The notes under the pieces were generated by a model. The model was not told the DNA's origin, ran no database searches, and worked only from the letters and a program-made list of their open reading frames with translations. A program made the translations under genes and the position numbers. Positions 50,383-62,599 of a stretch of DNA of 64,000 nt are shown here, piece after piece (position 1 is the first letter of the stretch; each line of letters starts with the position of its first letter). The stretch spans positions 36,771,217 to 36,835,216 of the forward strand of contig NC_068981.1 of NCBI RefSeq assembly GCF_001194135.2, read 5' to 3'. Source of the stretch: Octopus bimaculoides (taxonomy: Eukaryota).

Positions 50383-53300
50383 CAGTGGCGTAGCTAGGGT
50401 ATAGCAGACAGGGCACTTGCCCTAGGCGCGGTTCTGGGGGAGGCGCAATTTTGAATCATGAATGAGTAAAGTAACTTAATTTTGGCAAATTTTTCAGTTC
50501 ATTCATGCACGTACATGTACGCTGTGGCAAATTTTGTTGATATGGGGTTGGTCTCAAGAATGTGACCAATGCATTGTTATTCCCTTTTTACCGAAAATAT
50601 TGTGAAACTGTCAAAATTGTATCTTATACAGAAAAAATTGTCAACATTTACCTCACGTGTGACTGAATATTGAGAAAAGTAAATATTGTAAAACTCAACA
50701 TTTACTGGATGAATTGGGATTTTTATTTTGCCACAGTGGTATGCAGCGTTACTTGCCCTATCTGATGCAAAAGAATTGAAGTGCGTAGATCTGCGTAGAG
50801 CGAAGTTATCCGGGATAATATTTTTTAATCTTCATAACTATACTGACTTTGAGGAAGATCGCTCATACATTATGCTCACCTAGTTGCTGTAATAAGTAAG
50901 AATAGTGCCTTTAAAATTTTTCAGTCATTTTAGCATATTACCTCAATAATATAGCTAAAAATAGATAATTTCTCAAGAATGAGTTTGTTTTCACATCATT
51001 TAACGATATTTTATGGAGAAGTAAGTAGTATATTCCATGAAATAAAAGTCGATATTATTTTTCCGTGGTGACTTGGGATGTTTGTTTTTCCACCATTGTG
51101 TGGAGTGTTACTTAATCTATCTAATACAAAAGGATTGAAGTGGGTAGGTCTGCATAGAGAAAAGTTATTGTACATAACATGCTTTAATACAGCTATATTG
51201 CTTGCAATGAATAATGCTTATATGCTCGCCTAGAACATATTTGAAATAAAAACGGTCTATGCAAAGGTGTTTTCGTAGTCACTTAGTCATTTTTCATAAG
51301 TACATTAAAAAATAGAAAAGATCTTAAGAATGTGCATTCAATCGAATGTACGCGACTAATGGCTCGGTCATTTTACTGGCTCTTGTGCTGTAACACATTG
51401 AGCCAACGTGTTGGAAGCTTCATATGACTCTGCCTATGAGTCATACCCTGCCGTACATTGATCATTATAATCATTGACATACGTTGCTCCCATATCCGCC
51501 AAAAAATTCAAAACTTTTAGAAATTTAACTCGATAAATAATTTTGACATGTTTAACAGGCTAATCTACCACTGTGATATGTTTGAATTTTTCATGATTTT
51601 TTCAAGTAATGGTTTCTTGCTTTTAGAAAATCGTTATAAAAACATGAAAAGACCATTAACTAAGGAAGAAAGTGAAGCAGAAGGGCGAAAAAGACACAAG
51701 TTGGAGACAGAAGAATCTAAGAAGTTGAGCAAAGTTTTCATGTCCCTCTTTCTAAAACATACCGATAGTTCTTCAACACCTACCAAGAGGTCACGCATTT
51801 TATTGTCCAGTACTGCTTCGAGTAACAGTCCACCTCAAACTGATGCAGAAGACAATTGTCTTAAGTCTGACAATGGTGAAAACAAACCTGAAATCAATAC
51901 GGTCGAAAACAGTAACACTGCACTTGAAGAAGTGATCGAACAGCATGACCTTGGGCTCCTTAATTTTGACACGAATACCGGGAAGGTGGTAGTTCCTGAA
52001 TATTGGAGGATAGAAATAGCTAAGCTAGGCTGGAAATATTTTCAGAACTGTTGCCAACAAATAACCGCTCAATGAATAAAAACTGGTTCAAAAGGAAATT
52101 GGGAAATGGTTGAGGTGAGGAGATTGTTCACTTATGGCTACTCTATTCCCCTCATAAGTAGTCTGCATTCTGTTTGTGTTGTCTACTTTTTTCCCGATCA
52201 GATTATCAATCGTCATTAAAGCAGGAAAGCAGATTTTACCAGTGGAAAGCGCATGAACGAATGTTGGTTCATGAAAATGCTAAGAATCATCGAGATAGTT
52301 TCACACAGTGGAAAGAAATCTAACCGATAATAGGTGTTTCATAGACGCTGCTCTCAAGTCACAAATCGACCGTGAAAAGCAAAGATGGCGTGATGTTTTG
52401 ACGAGAATTCTACATTGCATTAAGTTTCTTGCAACTCAGAATTTAGCCTTGCGAGGTCATAGGAAGTCACTTCAGTCGACTGAAGACTCAAATGTCGGTA
52501 ATTTTCTTGCTTTGCTTAAGCTTTTGGCCATCTTTGATCCCGTCATGAAAGAACACCTTTGCTATGTAGACAGTCGCCCTTGATCGACATCTTATCTTTC
52601 ACTCGATGTTCAGAATGAATTTATTTATCTCAAGGCATCAGCCGTTCGTCAGAATCTGCTAAAGGGCATTCGCAGGGCCAAGTATTATGGTGTCATGTTT
52701 GACACAACCCCTGATAGAATACACCGTGAGCAGATTTCGCAGGTAGTAAGGTATGTAGAAGTTGACTTCGAAAAAAAGTGTGTTTGGGTGAGAGAAACCT
52801 TCCTCGGGTTCATTCAAGCAGGCGAAAAGGATACAGAGAGTTTAGTTGATGTAATTTTGAAACAGTTGGCCGATGACAAAATGGCATTGGAAGATTGTAG
52901 GTCCCAGTGTTATGATAATGTAGCTGTGATGGCTGGGCACAGAAGCGGGGTCCAGCAGAGATTCAACGAAAAGAACAAATTGACCCTATTCGTAAATTGT
53001 GACATCCATTCGTTAAACTTAGTCGGCCTACACGCAGCTAAACACGAGTTGGTGATGTCTGCATTTTTTGGCACAATCGAAACACTACGTATTCTTTTCT
53101 CGTTAGACATACTGCTGGGAAAAACTGAAGGCCATAATGCCTGTGGTTCTTAAGTCGCAATCAGAGACGAGATAGTGTCCTCGGATGGATGCAGTTAAAA
53201 ACGTAAGAAACTACCTTGCTGAAATTTTACAAGTTCTTCAAGACATCGTCGACAAGAAAACGATGCAACTGAGACACGGAACGATGCTAACTTGCTGTTT

Positions 53301-53700
53301 AACCGTATACTCCATTACGAATTATTGGCATTGCTTAGTTTCTGGAATAGCGTCCTCACACGGATCGATCGTGTTCAAAAGAGGCTTCAGGATCCGACAA
53401 TGAATTTCCATGATGCATCTCCCGACTTGAAAGGTCTCTGCGACTATTTTATCGCTTCCAGAGAAGTTTTAGTAGCTGATTCACTCGAAGAAGGACTGAA
53501 CATTTGCAGAAGGCGGCAAGTTGACGTCAAGCCATGTCGAAGATCTCAACGTTTCATTCACGATGTTTCCATCGACCATCTTCTTAAAGGAATGAACGCG
53601 AGGTTTTCCCGGCTGCACGATCTTGACGCTAAATTTGACTTCCTTATCGATATCTGGTTTCTGCATAATGGCAGTTTTGCGGATCTCTGAACACATTGCA
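50383..53700 (+). mobile_element. hAT DNA transposon (ZMYM1/DUF4371-like transposase), frameshifted, 3'-truncated
   Basis: Left TIR CAGTGGCGTAGCTAG; TTF-type Zn finger remnant ~52060-52310; FLATQNLALRGH..GNFL; FDTTPD..REQISQVVRYV; QCYDNVAVMAG; CDIHSLNL; no dimerisation domain or right TIR found. Confidence 0.92.
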
Positions 53701-54599
53701 ATACCTTAGTGAGGTGGGTCGTCACGAGTAAGTTCAGATCTTCGGCATGAGAGCAGTTTTATTCCACTATGCATTACCAGTGAGGAGAGTGTCTTTTTAC
53801 CATGCTTTGTGATTTTCCTGTGCACATCTTCATCTTCAAGCTGCACGAGAACCTATGTATTTTGATTAACAGATACCAGCTGCTGCATTTTCTTATAGCA
53901 CCAAAATAAATGTGACAGTCAACTCTAATTTGTCTTCCTACTTTTTGATGTTCTTTATCATGGCTCTTATTAAACCAGAAGATTATAATATTGCCAGGGC
54001 CTTAGCCATATGCACTATTTTCGCCATGCTAAAGACCAAATAAAACATCACGAATTCTGGTGGTTGTATAGTTCACTCATCGTTTAGATAATTTTCAGCT
54101 TGAGTCCTCGTTGATTACATGTGCTCCATTATATTAATTTCCCTCTGGTGAATAACAGGAAAAAAATAACATGACTCACCTTTATGAAAATCGTTCACCC
54201 TTCTGCTCACAGAAGATTTATTACACCAATCCATACAAAACGGGTAGTCTCCAGAGTGCATATAGATTAGTTGTTTGAGAATGCATTACATGCACCATAA
54301 CTGGATCTTTGATCCAAATCCTGTGCAGTACTCAACCAATTTTCAAAACTCACATGATAGGTAAAATTACCAATCATTACAGATTAATGTGCTGAGCCTC
54401 TATCAGTTTAATGTGTTCAATATACCATAAAAGAAAATAGTCTCACTACAGCATAATATGCTAGATTTTAAAATCCTAGTAGATTTGTATATATCGATGT
54501 ATTGTTTAATTTCTTAGGTATAACTCTTTATTCAGCTACTTATAAATGTTGCTCCTGTAATAATTTCATTGATAATTAGTATATTAATATGAACTCAAC

Positions 54600-54775
54600 T
54601 CAATAATTAGTGGCATTTCGTCTGTTTGAGCTCAAATTCTGGCAAGGTTGACTTTACCTTTCATCTTTTCTGGGATGACAAAATAAGCATCAGTTGAGTA
54701 CTGGGGTTGCTGTAATTGACTTACCTCTCCCTTTGATATTGTTGCCATGTGTCAACATTTAAAACCAGTATTAAA
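54600..54775 (+). mobile_element. SINE family A, 5'-truncated, tail variant 2
   Basis: GAGCTCAAATTCTGGCAAGGTTGACTTTACCTTTCATC..GAGTACTGGGG. Confidence 0.7.
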
Positions 54776-54847
54776 ACATCTTAAAGGGGAAAATATATAT
54801 TTAACTTAGCCTATTAAAACAACATTTCTACATCAACTACTTCATTA

Positions 54848-57420
54848 CTAAACCAGTTTTTCATGCATTCTGTTGCAAAGCTGTTGTGATGGATTCCACT
54901 TCATGCAGTATATATCTTTAAGTAATGATTTAGATGGTATTAACATACATAAGATGGACATTTCTAACTTTAGTATTGGGAATAAGGAGAAAGCTCTTCC
55001 AGCAGTAGCTGAAAGGAGCTTGATCGAGAGAAGCAATAGTTGTCACCACATTTAGTCGAGATATGTTAAATCATAATTTTTAGCACATTTTTTTCTTCAT
55101 TAAGTGGTTGATCTTGAAGTAACAATTCCCTCTCTTCTTTATTAATTTGTTCCTAATATTCTTAATGGACTAAGTTGGAAAATTATATAACTAATGGGAT
55201 AATTAACTTTGGCTTTCCCTAAATAACATTGTTTGGATCCAACACATCAAGCAACCTTTACTTCGTCCTCACGATAAAATAAAATAAGCAAGCTCTATGA
55301 CATCCGCTTTGTAAAGAAAATATAGTAATTAAAAATATTTGGTCAAATTGTCCATGAAAATTTTGCTGAATTATCCAGATGAATGCTTTCAACAGAGGTG
55401 TTGTCACAATAAATTTCAACAATTCTGAGATAAGCTGAAGGGTCATTAACATTAATTCTACTTATATCATTAGATATCAAAGTCTTGTTTTTTGAAATTA
55501 CTGAGAACCCTTTTGACACTAGTAATAATAACATTCCTTAACATATGAATCGTAAATGATTCTGACAGAAACTCTGCATTAAGCTTATTAATATCAATTA
55601 AAACATAGACTGGGGGGGGGGGAGCAATTTTTCTAATTGGATTTTGCATTACTTCTATTATTGTTAGAGCTGCAGCTATCAAGTAGATAAAAGTGCAGGC
55701 TATTGTTCTAAATATATTTTACACAATTTTCTCAAGGCAAAACCATCTTGTACAACTGTTGTGGAGAAATTTTGAGGATTGTTATTTGTTTTTTTCTTGT
55801 TTCAGTGGCACCATTCTGAAGGATTTAGTAAAAAAATTCACCTCAGTACTTATTTTAAAGACTGGCACTCAGTCTATTCATCTCTTTTGCTGAGCCACTA
55901 AGTTATGAGGACGTAAACAAACTAAAACCAGTTGAAACAAACACCCTCATGCACATACATATACGTATACAATGGGCTTCCATACAATTTGCATCTACGA
56001 AATTCCTTCACAAGGCAGTAGCTGGCCTGAGCTTATGATAGAAGACACTTGTTCAATGGGACTAAAACCATGATCACATTGCTGGAAAGTGAGCTTCTTA
56101 GCCACATGGCCATATCTGCATCTATATAAAGTTTTTAGATCCAATATATTCATTTAGGCACTTAGGACTATTGCTGAAGTATGAAAAAATTGTATGGTAG
56201 TTCAGTGCAGGTTGTAGAAGTGTTCAAGTACTATGAATGGCAAACACAAGGTTGTGTGGAGATTTTAGGGTTTTTGATTCTTATAATAACACTAGTACTA
56301 TTTCTGGCAAAACCTGTTAAACTTTCAAAGGTGATTTCAATATTGTTAAAAAAGCCTGTATACAATTGTAATTCCAAGAACTGTTGTGACTTTAATTTCT
56401 AGAAGTATTTATATTTCCTCACAATCCTTTCGTGTGTGTGTGTATCAGTATCATAATATCTAGCTACTACAAATTGTTTAAATGTTGAAATGTCTGTTGT
56501 CTCATCAATAGGAGAAAGTTTTGTCAGTGTTAAATTAAATGCAATGTAAATGTTATTGAAGCTGCCATTGTTCTTACAACATACACATATGTACACACCA
56601 TATCTTCATGAAATTTTATTGTAGTCACTTATTGTCAGTCCATATTGTACATGAATGCAATATGGAAATTTTTGTGTTCTACAATTTACTTCTCTATGAA
56701 TTAGAAACCTGAAATGTATTGTCAAGTAGGGAAACTCACCAAAATGAACAACTTTAATATGCTTTTTCCAACACAAAGAAATACTAACTGTATTTTTATT
56801 TTTTAGTTCGTTCTGTCAGGCACACTCCTCTTAGTAAAAAAATTGTGTTTTGTATTACATTTTAACATTCAAACTGAAATTTGTATTAAGTTAGTACCTA
56901 CCAATCATTTTCTTAATTGAATTAAATTGTTGTTTTGTCAGACTTTATGTAAACGGGTTATGGTACAACACATTCTCTCCATATCAAGATGACATTGTGT
57001 TGTTGATTACTGCTTTATTTTGGTCTTTTTAAATCTCAATAAAATATTTCTCTTTACCTATGTCAGCTATAGTTAATTCCACCTCCAATTTTTGCCAAGT
57101 TATACTTTCTGATTATGCTTGATATCGTTTATCATTTCTATATCTGGACAAATTTTAGCAATGAGACCTGGTAAATGATCTAAAGAGGCAATTGCTAAAT
57201 TGTGTTCTGTAATAAATCCACACAGTTTAAGCTCAGCAGCTGCTTTCTGTCCAGAATGTGAACAGAGGATCACCAGATTTCATATTATTTTAATGGAATT
57301 TGCTTTTCTGTATTTTTAAATCTTTCAATCTGATTTAAACTAAAAGCGATTTTGCAATTTCAAAATGTTTCACAACCTTAACATGAGCCATATTTACTGA
57401 CAGGCAAAACAATTTTTTTA
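54848..57420 (-). mobile_element. Second, older hAT transposase remnant (ZNF862-like), interrupted by a SINE
   Basis: Ordered motifs on minus strand: AAELKLCGFITEHNLAIASLDHL (~57.2 kb), SPIDETTDISTFKQFVVARYY (~56.5 kb), FESLTGFA..CVCHS (~56.3 kb), CTRWFCLEKIV..LEQ*PAL (~55.7 kb), LLSATAGRAFS (dimerisation domain, ~55.0 kb). Confidence 0.82.
55830..56120 (-). mobile_element. SINE family B, degenerate
   Basis: CTCTTTTGCTGAGCCACTAAGTTA..TCACAAGGC..ATAGAAGACACTTG. Confidence 0.7.
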
Positions 57421-58559
57421 TAAAAACCTGTTGATTTTTGTTACTTTTCTTAGGAATGCTGTTTTCATCATTTTCATTATTATTTGAGTAAATCCATTTT
57501 TTTTTTGTTTACACATAATAGGCACACACACACATGAATGCATGCACGTGCATACACACACACACGCATGCACGCGCACACGCACACACACACGCACACA
57601 CACACACGTGTATATAAAACAAACAAATAGGAATTATGGAATTTTCAGAAAACACTTGTCAAAGTAAGCAAACAACACCTTGTACTGGCAGACAGCAAGA
57701 TGAACAGAAGAATACATTACATGATTGCATAACATTACTTAGAGTCTCACTTCTCCAGTCCTCATTTATGTAATAATCTAGAAAGATGTTAAAGAACACA
57801 CATCTGATGTAGATAGCAACCTTACTGGTCATAATCAAATTAGTCTTGATTGGTAGCTTCTCTTGGTTCAGTTATTATTAATTGCTTGCTATACTATTCA
57901 CATTTCTCATTCAAGCAAACAATCCATCATCAAAGCACTTCCATCCCTCTATAAGTTATGAAAACCCTACCAGTGAAGATTTAAACAAATTTCTCTCTGG
58001 TAACATCCTGCTTCATACAAACGTTTTTGTTAGTAATTCATAACAGCTTATACTTCTCTTTCACAGTGCAGAATGGAGTGTAGAACATTAGCAAATCTTT
58101 TATGCTCCATTTCTCAAATGGGAAAATATAATATAATATAAAATAAAATAATATAATATAATATAATATAGATGTATATATATATATATATCATTTTATG
58201 TCTCTTTTCCATAACTGTATGGTTTAAATGGCTCTCAAGTGTCTCACCTGGCTGTTGGTATTAAAAAAAACTATCCATGACAGGACAAAGTAATTCCTGC
58301 TATTTGGTATCAGTTTTATTTGCAGTTACTACTTTCTTCAATAGCTTACAATACAGCTTGGTGGTGGTAGGCTTGGTTTTTCCATAACTAAGTGTTATAT
58401 ATATTTAGTTATTAAGTCATTTGTTAAAACATTTTAAAACTGTTTGGAATTTTTAACAGTAAGGTCTTTTCTATCTGATTTCTTGTGTAATAGTAATGGA
58501 TTATAGCAAAATAATTGAAGGCAGAATCTTCTAGTGAGCCATTAATACAAAGCAAAGTA

Positions 58560-58860
58560 ATTGCATAAAAAAAAAGAAACTTCTGTTAATCTGGCCCACT
58601 ATGTGCCATCTCTACTTTCTGCTTTTTCTATCACTACTGTAATGGCCTCTACTCCTCAGATCTGGCTGGTCTCACACCACCTGTACTCAAGCACTCTCAA
58701 TTTATTCATCTTACCTTCTCTCATTGCTCATGTTGCACCCAAACTCTTAGACTCAGCACTAATCACTATACCCAATCTTTTCTTCTGAGTATGTCAGCCC
58801 TCTGAAATTCTTTCCCTGCACTTGTCAACTTGCAACATTTTAAACAGAATTTTAATGTTA
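58560..58860 (+). mobile_element. L2/Jockey-like LINE ORF2 C-terminus
   Basis: FYHYCNGLYSSDLAGLTPP..TNHYTQSFL..L*NSFP..NLQHFK. Confidence 0.6.
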
Positions 58861-60099
58861 TTAGTCTTACTTGCTTCAAATTCCTACAGGGGTCATAAGA
58901 ATAACCCCTTTCTTCAAATCAGACTAATATTAAAGAAATATATGTGTATGATGAAGCTAAAGGTTGTCATTTTAGATAGTGTTACTGTTTATATTCAGTG
59001 TGAATGTTATCTCTGTTCAATGTATTTCTATTAGAATGAATAAGCTTCTTAGTTGATATGATGATCTTTTCCTATTCAAAAGTTATCAATAATACTTGAT
59101 ACTTTTTCTTTTTATTTCTAAGTAAGAACATTTTTCTTTGCCAAGACTTCAGGGTCTTAGACAACTTTGAATATATATATAAATGGAACTGTAAATATTC
59201 TAAAGCAACAAGAATTCTCTAGATCTGATTTCTCTGTTTATTCTCTACTGCCAATTGTTAATGTGTCAAAACTTAGGCAAAGAAGCCAATAACAAACAAA
59301 TGCTATGTGCTTCTAGTTAAAGTAACCAAAAATTCGTTGATATAACTGAAGCATTTTCTCCTTTTAGTAATCACCTAGCAATAACAATAATATCCAGATA
59401 ACCTTTTGATATAAGTGTTATCAATCTTGTTAGATTACTGAATGTACCAATGAACTTATTCTAAGAAGTCAGTGACACTTTGCTGACCTATGAGCAATTA
59501 GGCTGCCTGACAAGATTTCTCTTGAATCCTTGTTATGCTCATCATTGATATATAAATTGTTGAGATCATATAAACTGACATGGCTATTAACAATCATTAA
59601 AACTAGATAAATTTAGACGTCTACAAATCTTTAAATTATTACAGATTATTCCTATTTGAGATGAGTGCAAAGTATAATTATATCTATTGATATAGATTAG
59701 GTTTTCTTTTACTATCCCATTCGCAATATTGAAAGATAGAATATTTATAAACATCATCGTGTAGAAGTTATAAGCTGATCCCTTTACCTACAGTTTCTTA
59801 GCACATATATTCAGCTAGGTTTTTGAGATGTGAAGGGTTCCTTTTTAAACTGTAAAAATTCTCCATTTCTATTATCTATAAATATTGAAACAAACATTTA
59901 AAAAAAAAATATTTCTTAGATATTTAACAGCTCTCAAGAAATACAATGGCAGCATAGAAAAGGTCATGGATCATATGTTCAAAATTTCATGGTAGTCTTT
60001 CAATGTGTCACTTAATTTCATTTGACTTATAGTAGATTCTCAGTAATGATATAAACTTGTGACAGGCTTTGTTATTAATGCAATTAAGATAGTTAATAC

Positions 60100-60420
60100 A
60101 TCATCATCATCATCATCATCGTTTAACGTCCGCCTTCCATGCTAGCATGGGTTGGACGATTTGGCTGAGGACTGGTGAAACCGGATGGCAACACCAGGCT
60201 CCAATCTAATTTGGCAGAGTTTCTACAGCTGGATGCCCTTCCTAACGCCAACCACTCAGAGAGTGTAGTGGGTGCTTTTACGTGTCACCCGCACGAAAAC
60301 GGCCACGCTCGAAATGGTGTCTTTTATGTGCCACCCGCACAAGAGCCAGTCCAGGGGCACTGGCAACGATCTTGCTCGAAAACCCTACAAAGGCCAGTCA
60401 GGCGGTATATATATATATGT
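60100..60420 (-). mobile_element. RTE 3' UTR / tail copy
   Basis: (CAT)n CGTTTAACGTCCGCCTTCCATGCTAGCATGGGTTGG..; contains one monomer of the 62-bp repeat (~60325-60383). Confidence 0.9.
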
Positions 60421-60442
60421 CTGTATGTATTGTCGTCGTTGT

Positions 60443-60882
60443 NNNNNNNNNNNNNNNNNNNNNNNNNNNNNNNNNNNNNNNNNNNNNNNNNNNNNNNNNN
60501 NNNNNNNNNNNNNNNNNNNNNNNNNNNNNNNNNNNNNNNNNNNNNNNNNNNNNNNNNNNNNNNNNNNNNNNNNNNNNNNNNNNNNNNNNNNNNNNNNNNN
60601 NNNNNNNNNNNNNNNNNNNNNNNNNNNNNNNNNNNNNNNNNNNNNNNNNNNNNNNNNNNNNNNNNNNNNNNNNNNNNNNNNNNNNNNNNNNNNNNNNNNN
60701 NNNNNNNNNNNNNNNNNNNNNNNNNNNNNNNNNNNNNNNNNNNNNNNNNNNNNNNNNNNNNNNNNNNNNNNNNNNNNNNNNNNNNNNNNNNNNNNNNNNN
60801 NNNNNNNNNNNNNNNNNNNNNNNNNNNNNNNNNNNNNNNNNNNNNNNNNNNNNNNNNNNNNNNNNNNNNNNNNNNNNNNNNN
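60443..60882. other. Assembly gap
   Basis: N run. Confidence 1.
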
Positions 60883-61182
60883 GTTCAGGGGCACCGGCAA
60901 CGATCTCGCTCGAAGAAATTTCATGTGTCACCAGCACAAGAGCCAGTCCAGGGGCACTGGCAATGATCTCGCTCGAAAAACCTCATGTGTCACCCACACA
61001 AGAGCCAGCCCAGGGGCACCGGCAACGATCCCACTCGGAAGATTTCATGTGTCGCCCGCACATGAGCCAATCCAGGGGCACTGGCAACGATCCCGCTCGA
61101 AAGACTTCATGTGTCGCCCGTACATGAGCCAGTCCAGGGGCACTGGCAACGATCCCATCCCGCTCAAGGCATTTCATGTGTC
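60883..61182 (-). repeat. 62-bp minisatellite derived from RTE 3' UTR
   Basis: CATGTGTC starts at 60922, 60984, 61046, 61108, 61175. Confidence 0.9.
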
Positions 61183-61888
61183 AGAATAGATATAAACTTC
61201 CAGTCATATAAGTCTGCTATGTGGTTTTGGATTCCTCTTATGGTTAATTTCAGTTCACCTAGAATAGAAAATATAAACCTCACACACCATTTTACCTTTT
61301 ACTACAAATCTCAGACCTTACAGCAATAAATAAATGTTATCAGTGTAGATAATGTAATGTAAGCTAGTGCAGACTTTAGAGCTTATTCAAATGTCTATGC
61401 TGAAGCTCCTGCATCTATATGACCTTATATGTCTTTCATCCCTTTGTAAAAAAGGGATGATAAATAAGTGCTTATAAAATACTGAGTTGGTTCAATTGAA
61501 TATGCATTATATCCACTTTAAAATAAATGTTCTAAAGTTTCAGAAATGAGTAGCCTTGAATAAAAATTTTTGAAATGAAATCAAAATTAACCAAGACTGA
61601 TGCTGCTTATATATTGGCATAGTAGTGATGCTGTGTAGGTGGCATTGTGGTGGCAATGCTTTGGAAACGATATTGTAAAGGTGATGTGAGGCACTACTTG
61701 TATAGTGGATGTGGATGTGATGTTTTGAGACTGGTGCTGTATAGTCAATGTTATGGCAGTGCTAATATGGTGGTGATGTTGTGCAAGGGACGTTGTAAAT
61801 GGACGGTTATACTGTTAATGTTTTTGTATGGAAGTAGATTTAATGTAGCAATGATGATATATCAATTATTTTGTGGATTCTGATACCT

Positions 61889-62050
61889 TAATAATAATAA
61901 TAATAATAATAATAATTAATTCGTTTTATTGGCCACAAGGGCTAATATCAATTAAAGACATATAAGGACAAAGACAGGACGAAGGTTACAAAAGGTTTTG
62001 TCCGAAAAGGTAGGAAAGTTCGTCTAAACAGAGGAAGAAAACGGAGAAGG

Positions 62051-62098
<48 letters not shown>

Positions 62099-62110
62099 TA
62101 ATAATAATAA
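61889..62110 (-). mobile_element. ~130-bp retroelement 3' tail between two (TAA)n tracts
   Basis: Minus strand ends GTCCTGTCTTTGTCC..TAGCCCTTGTGGCCAATAAAACGAATTAA(TTA)n. Confidence 0.55.
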
Positions 62111-62119
62111 GAAGAAGAA

Positions 62120-62585
62120 GAAACTAAACTAAATGCGAAAGAAATAGACAGAGAAAAATCCCAGCAATTGTTGAGAAGCTCAGGACTCAAAGTAGAGACT
62201 GAAGGATTTTTAATTGCTGCACAAGACTAAAGCCTCCCCACCAGAAATTACCAAACACATATAATGAAAAGAAACATAACAAGTAACTGCAGAATATGTA
62301 GAGATGGACAAAAAACAATAAATCATATTATCTCTGGCTGCCCAGTCCTGGCTAAGAAAGAATATATTCACAGACACGACAGAGCTGGGACCTACATACA
62401 CTGGAAGCTATGCCAACACTATAGAATAACAACAGAAAAAAGATGGTATAGCCAGAAAAGGTCACAGAAAACGAGAAAGCAACCATATTCTGGGATATGC
62501 CAATACACACAAATAGAGAAATTAAGGCCAATAGGCCAGATATAGTTGTCAGAGATCATGAAAAAAAAATGTTTTCTAATTGATT
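62120..62585 (+). mobile_element. R4/Dong-clade LINE fragment (CCHC knuckle and start of restriction-like endonuclease)
   Basis: LKVETEGFLIAAQD*..CRICRDGQKTINHIISGCPVLAKKEYIHRHD..WDMPIHTNREIKANRPDIVV. Confidence 0.9.
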
Positions 62586-62599
62586 TTTTCCTGTAATTT

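Noticed and set aside
53700-54600. Right TIR and 8-bp TSD (ACGTCATG) of the 50383 hAT
   Set aside because: Neither CTACGCCACTG nor the TSD was found; the element appears truncated.
59100-60050. Possible minus-strand CR1 RT remnant
   Set aside because: Only faint motif resemblance; too degenerate to call by eye.
60883-61182. 62-bp periodic array as a CRISPR
   Set aside because: The whole unit repeats with no unique spacers, the context is eukaryotic and the monomer is part of an RTE 3' UTR.
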